A DNA stretch of 64,000 bases from assembly GCF_963506605.1 (NCBI RefSeq), contig NC_083282.1, positions 69,130,001 through 69,194,000 on the forward strand, written 5' to 3'. The stretch comes from Zootoca vivipara (taxonomy: Eukaryota). Below, piece after piece: positions 62,117 through 64,000 of this stretch. Under the pieces are notes generated by a model. It was not told the DNA's origin and searched no databases. It saw only the letters and a program-made list of their open reading frames with translations. A program made the translations under genes and the position numbers. Every line of letters begins with the position of its first letter. The first letter of the stretch is position 1.

Positions 62117-63692
62117 ACGCGGGTGGCGCTGTAGGTTAAACCACAGAGCCTAGGGCGGCGGTTCGAATCCCTGCGACAGGGTGAGCTCCCGTTGTTCGGT
62201 CCCAGCTCCTGCCAACCTAGCAGTTCGAAAGCACGTCAAAGTGCAAGTAGATAAATAGGCACCGCTCCAGCAGGAAGGTAAACAGCGTTTCCGTGTGCTG
62301 CTCTGGTTCGCCAGAAGCGGCTTAGTCATGGGGTTCCGGTTTCCGCCTGCAGGAATGGCGGACCTGTTTTCCATCTCTCTGACCTTCGTAAGGAATTTGG
62401 CGGTTGCTAGGGGAGTAAATGGCAACCCCCTACCCTCTCCGGGGGTTACGGAGAGGGGCCGCTGGCCCGCGATGCCCCCAGACCCACTCCGACTGTTTTT
62501 GGAGTGGGGGGAGCTTGGGCTGAGCACTTACGACGGCCAGGACTCCCGGACGCTAATCTGCATGGCGGGGATTTCCATGGTTAAAGAAGATAATTAGGCT
62601 TAAATCTATGGACATACTTCAGAAGGAGGGGAAGAAGCGCTGTTTACTGCTGAGAATTTTATGCTGCTGAGCGAGAGGAGTCAAAGAATGTACGGCATCT
62701 GGAAGAAGGATTGATGGGGACGGAGCGATAAGGGAAGCAAGTTTTTATTTTTTCTTCATATTGTTGCCTCGTATCTTCCCGGACGCGATGTCCTGGCTTG
62801 TTTGGAGTGAAAGAGAAGCAAAAGACTGTGTGAGTTGAACTCTATAGCTGTTGTTACTGAGCATATTTCTTAAAGATGTGAAGTTGCCGATGAGAAAAGC
62901 CCCCCCCTAGTCAGACGGAAGGAGTCCTGGACGCGTTCGGAGGATTTATGAGCTGTGACGCACTTTAAATTGGAGCAGCGACCTGAAGCTAAGTTCAGCT
63001 ATAGGGCAAGGAGATCCATTAATTTACCAAGAGTTCATGGTTGGATGTTTGGGTCTCCTGCCTGAAAAAGCTGTAAATTCTATAAAGATAAATAAATCGT
63101 AAATCTTCATGGCTATGAGAGAAAATGAAAGTGATTTGAGCCTTTTAAGATGGCGCTGCTACTCCGTCGCAACAGGGAGCTCCACTAAGAAGATTTATGG
63201 GGAGGCTGGACTGATTAACTCACACAGGAGAAAGAACATCTGTGAAACTTCGTTTGACATTTATCTCAGCAGCTGGAACAATTGGATGAAAGTGGAAAAC
63301 ATCTAGGTGACTGTAAGGGGAAGATTTGGAATATTATGAGCTTGGAGGACGATTTGAACTTTAGAAATAAGACGGCAGTGGACAGTTGCGAGGAATTCCC
63401 AATTTCTTGAAGCATGGGAACCCAAAAATAAATTATTTAGATGATTTGGCATAACATTCGGTTTGATTGATATATATATGTGTATAATTTGAAATATTGA
63501 ATGTGATATAATTGGTTTTAATTGGAAAATTAATAAAAATATTTAAAAAAAAAAAAAAAAAAGAAGCGGCTTAGTCATGCTGGCCCCATGACCTGGAACG
63601 CCGGCTCCCTCGGCCAATAAAGCGAGATGAGTGCCAGAACCTCAGAGTCGGTCATGACTGGACCTAATGGTCAGGGGTCCCTTTACCTTTAC
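62117..63692 (+). mobile_element. Sauria SINE split into 62117-62330 and 63562-63692 by a younger insertion
   Basis: The two halves are collinear with the consensus; ACCTTT tail at 63680-63692. Confidence 0.9.
62331..63561 (+). mobile_element. 1.23-kb non-coding L1-type retroelement with GC-rich 5' end and poly(A)
   Basis: 18-bp TSD agaagcggcttagtcatg (62313-62330 / 63562-63579), AATAAA at 63532, pure A tail, no recognisable ORF. Confidence 0.85.
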
Positions 63693-63945
63693 GGCTGATT
63701 ATACTTCTATACCTCCTGCCCAAGGGTAGAAGATTAAAGAGGTGACGGCCAGGGTGTGAGTCATCCCTGAGAATTCTTCTCGCTCTCCTAAGGCAACGAT
63801 CCCTTGCAATGTCATCTAGCGGACTCAAGGGACAGCCCATGATATCATGTGCTGTATTCACCACCCTCTGTAGAGACTTTCTGTCCGTGGCTGTCAGCAT
63901 ACCACACTGTGATACAATATGAAAGGATGCTTTCTACAGTATTTC
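63693..63945 (-). mobile_element. Rex1/Babar-type LINE fragment
   Basis: TVESILSYCITVW (frameshift) DRKSLQRVVNTA..RILRDDSHPGRHLFNLLPLGRRYRSI is typical of the Rex-Babar ORF C-terminus. Confidence 0.8.
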
Positions 63946-64000
63946 TATTTGGCATGTTTAAATCGTGGTATTTGTACAGATGACCACTAGAGGGCACTTA

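Overview
Vertebrate genomic DNA, almost certainly a squamate and probably a lacertid lizard, judging from Sauria SINEs, BovB, L2, L1, and hAT/Tc1-mariner MITEs. Four intron-containing genes are present. (1) The 5' part of GGT7 (minus strand, coding exons 1-4). (2) A complete, intact, compact CYLD-family deubiquitinase gene (plus strand, 11 coding exons, 24987-34717, ~563 aa by my splice model). (3) The complete RAB5IF/C20orf24 gene (minus strand, 4 exons). (4) The 5' part of MYL9 (plus strand, CArG-like promoter, non-coding exon 1, coding exon 2). The most interesting object is the CYLD paralog. It keeps the Cys/His/Asp triad and CYLD-like exon boundaries but has lost CAP-Gly2/3 and the central regulatory region. 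Its B-box and post-catalytic loop are remodelled, it carries a C-terminal extension, and it lies among genes that map to human 20q, a region paralogous to the 16q12 CYLD locus. The introns hold many nested transposon insertions with readable target-site duplications, including ORF2-less L1-type elements and one SINE body carrying three different tRNA heads. All exon models and homologies were derived by eye and from recalled reference proteins, not from database searches.
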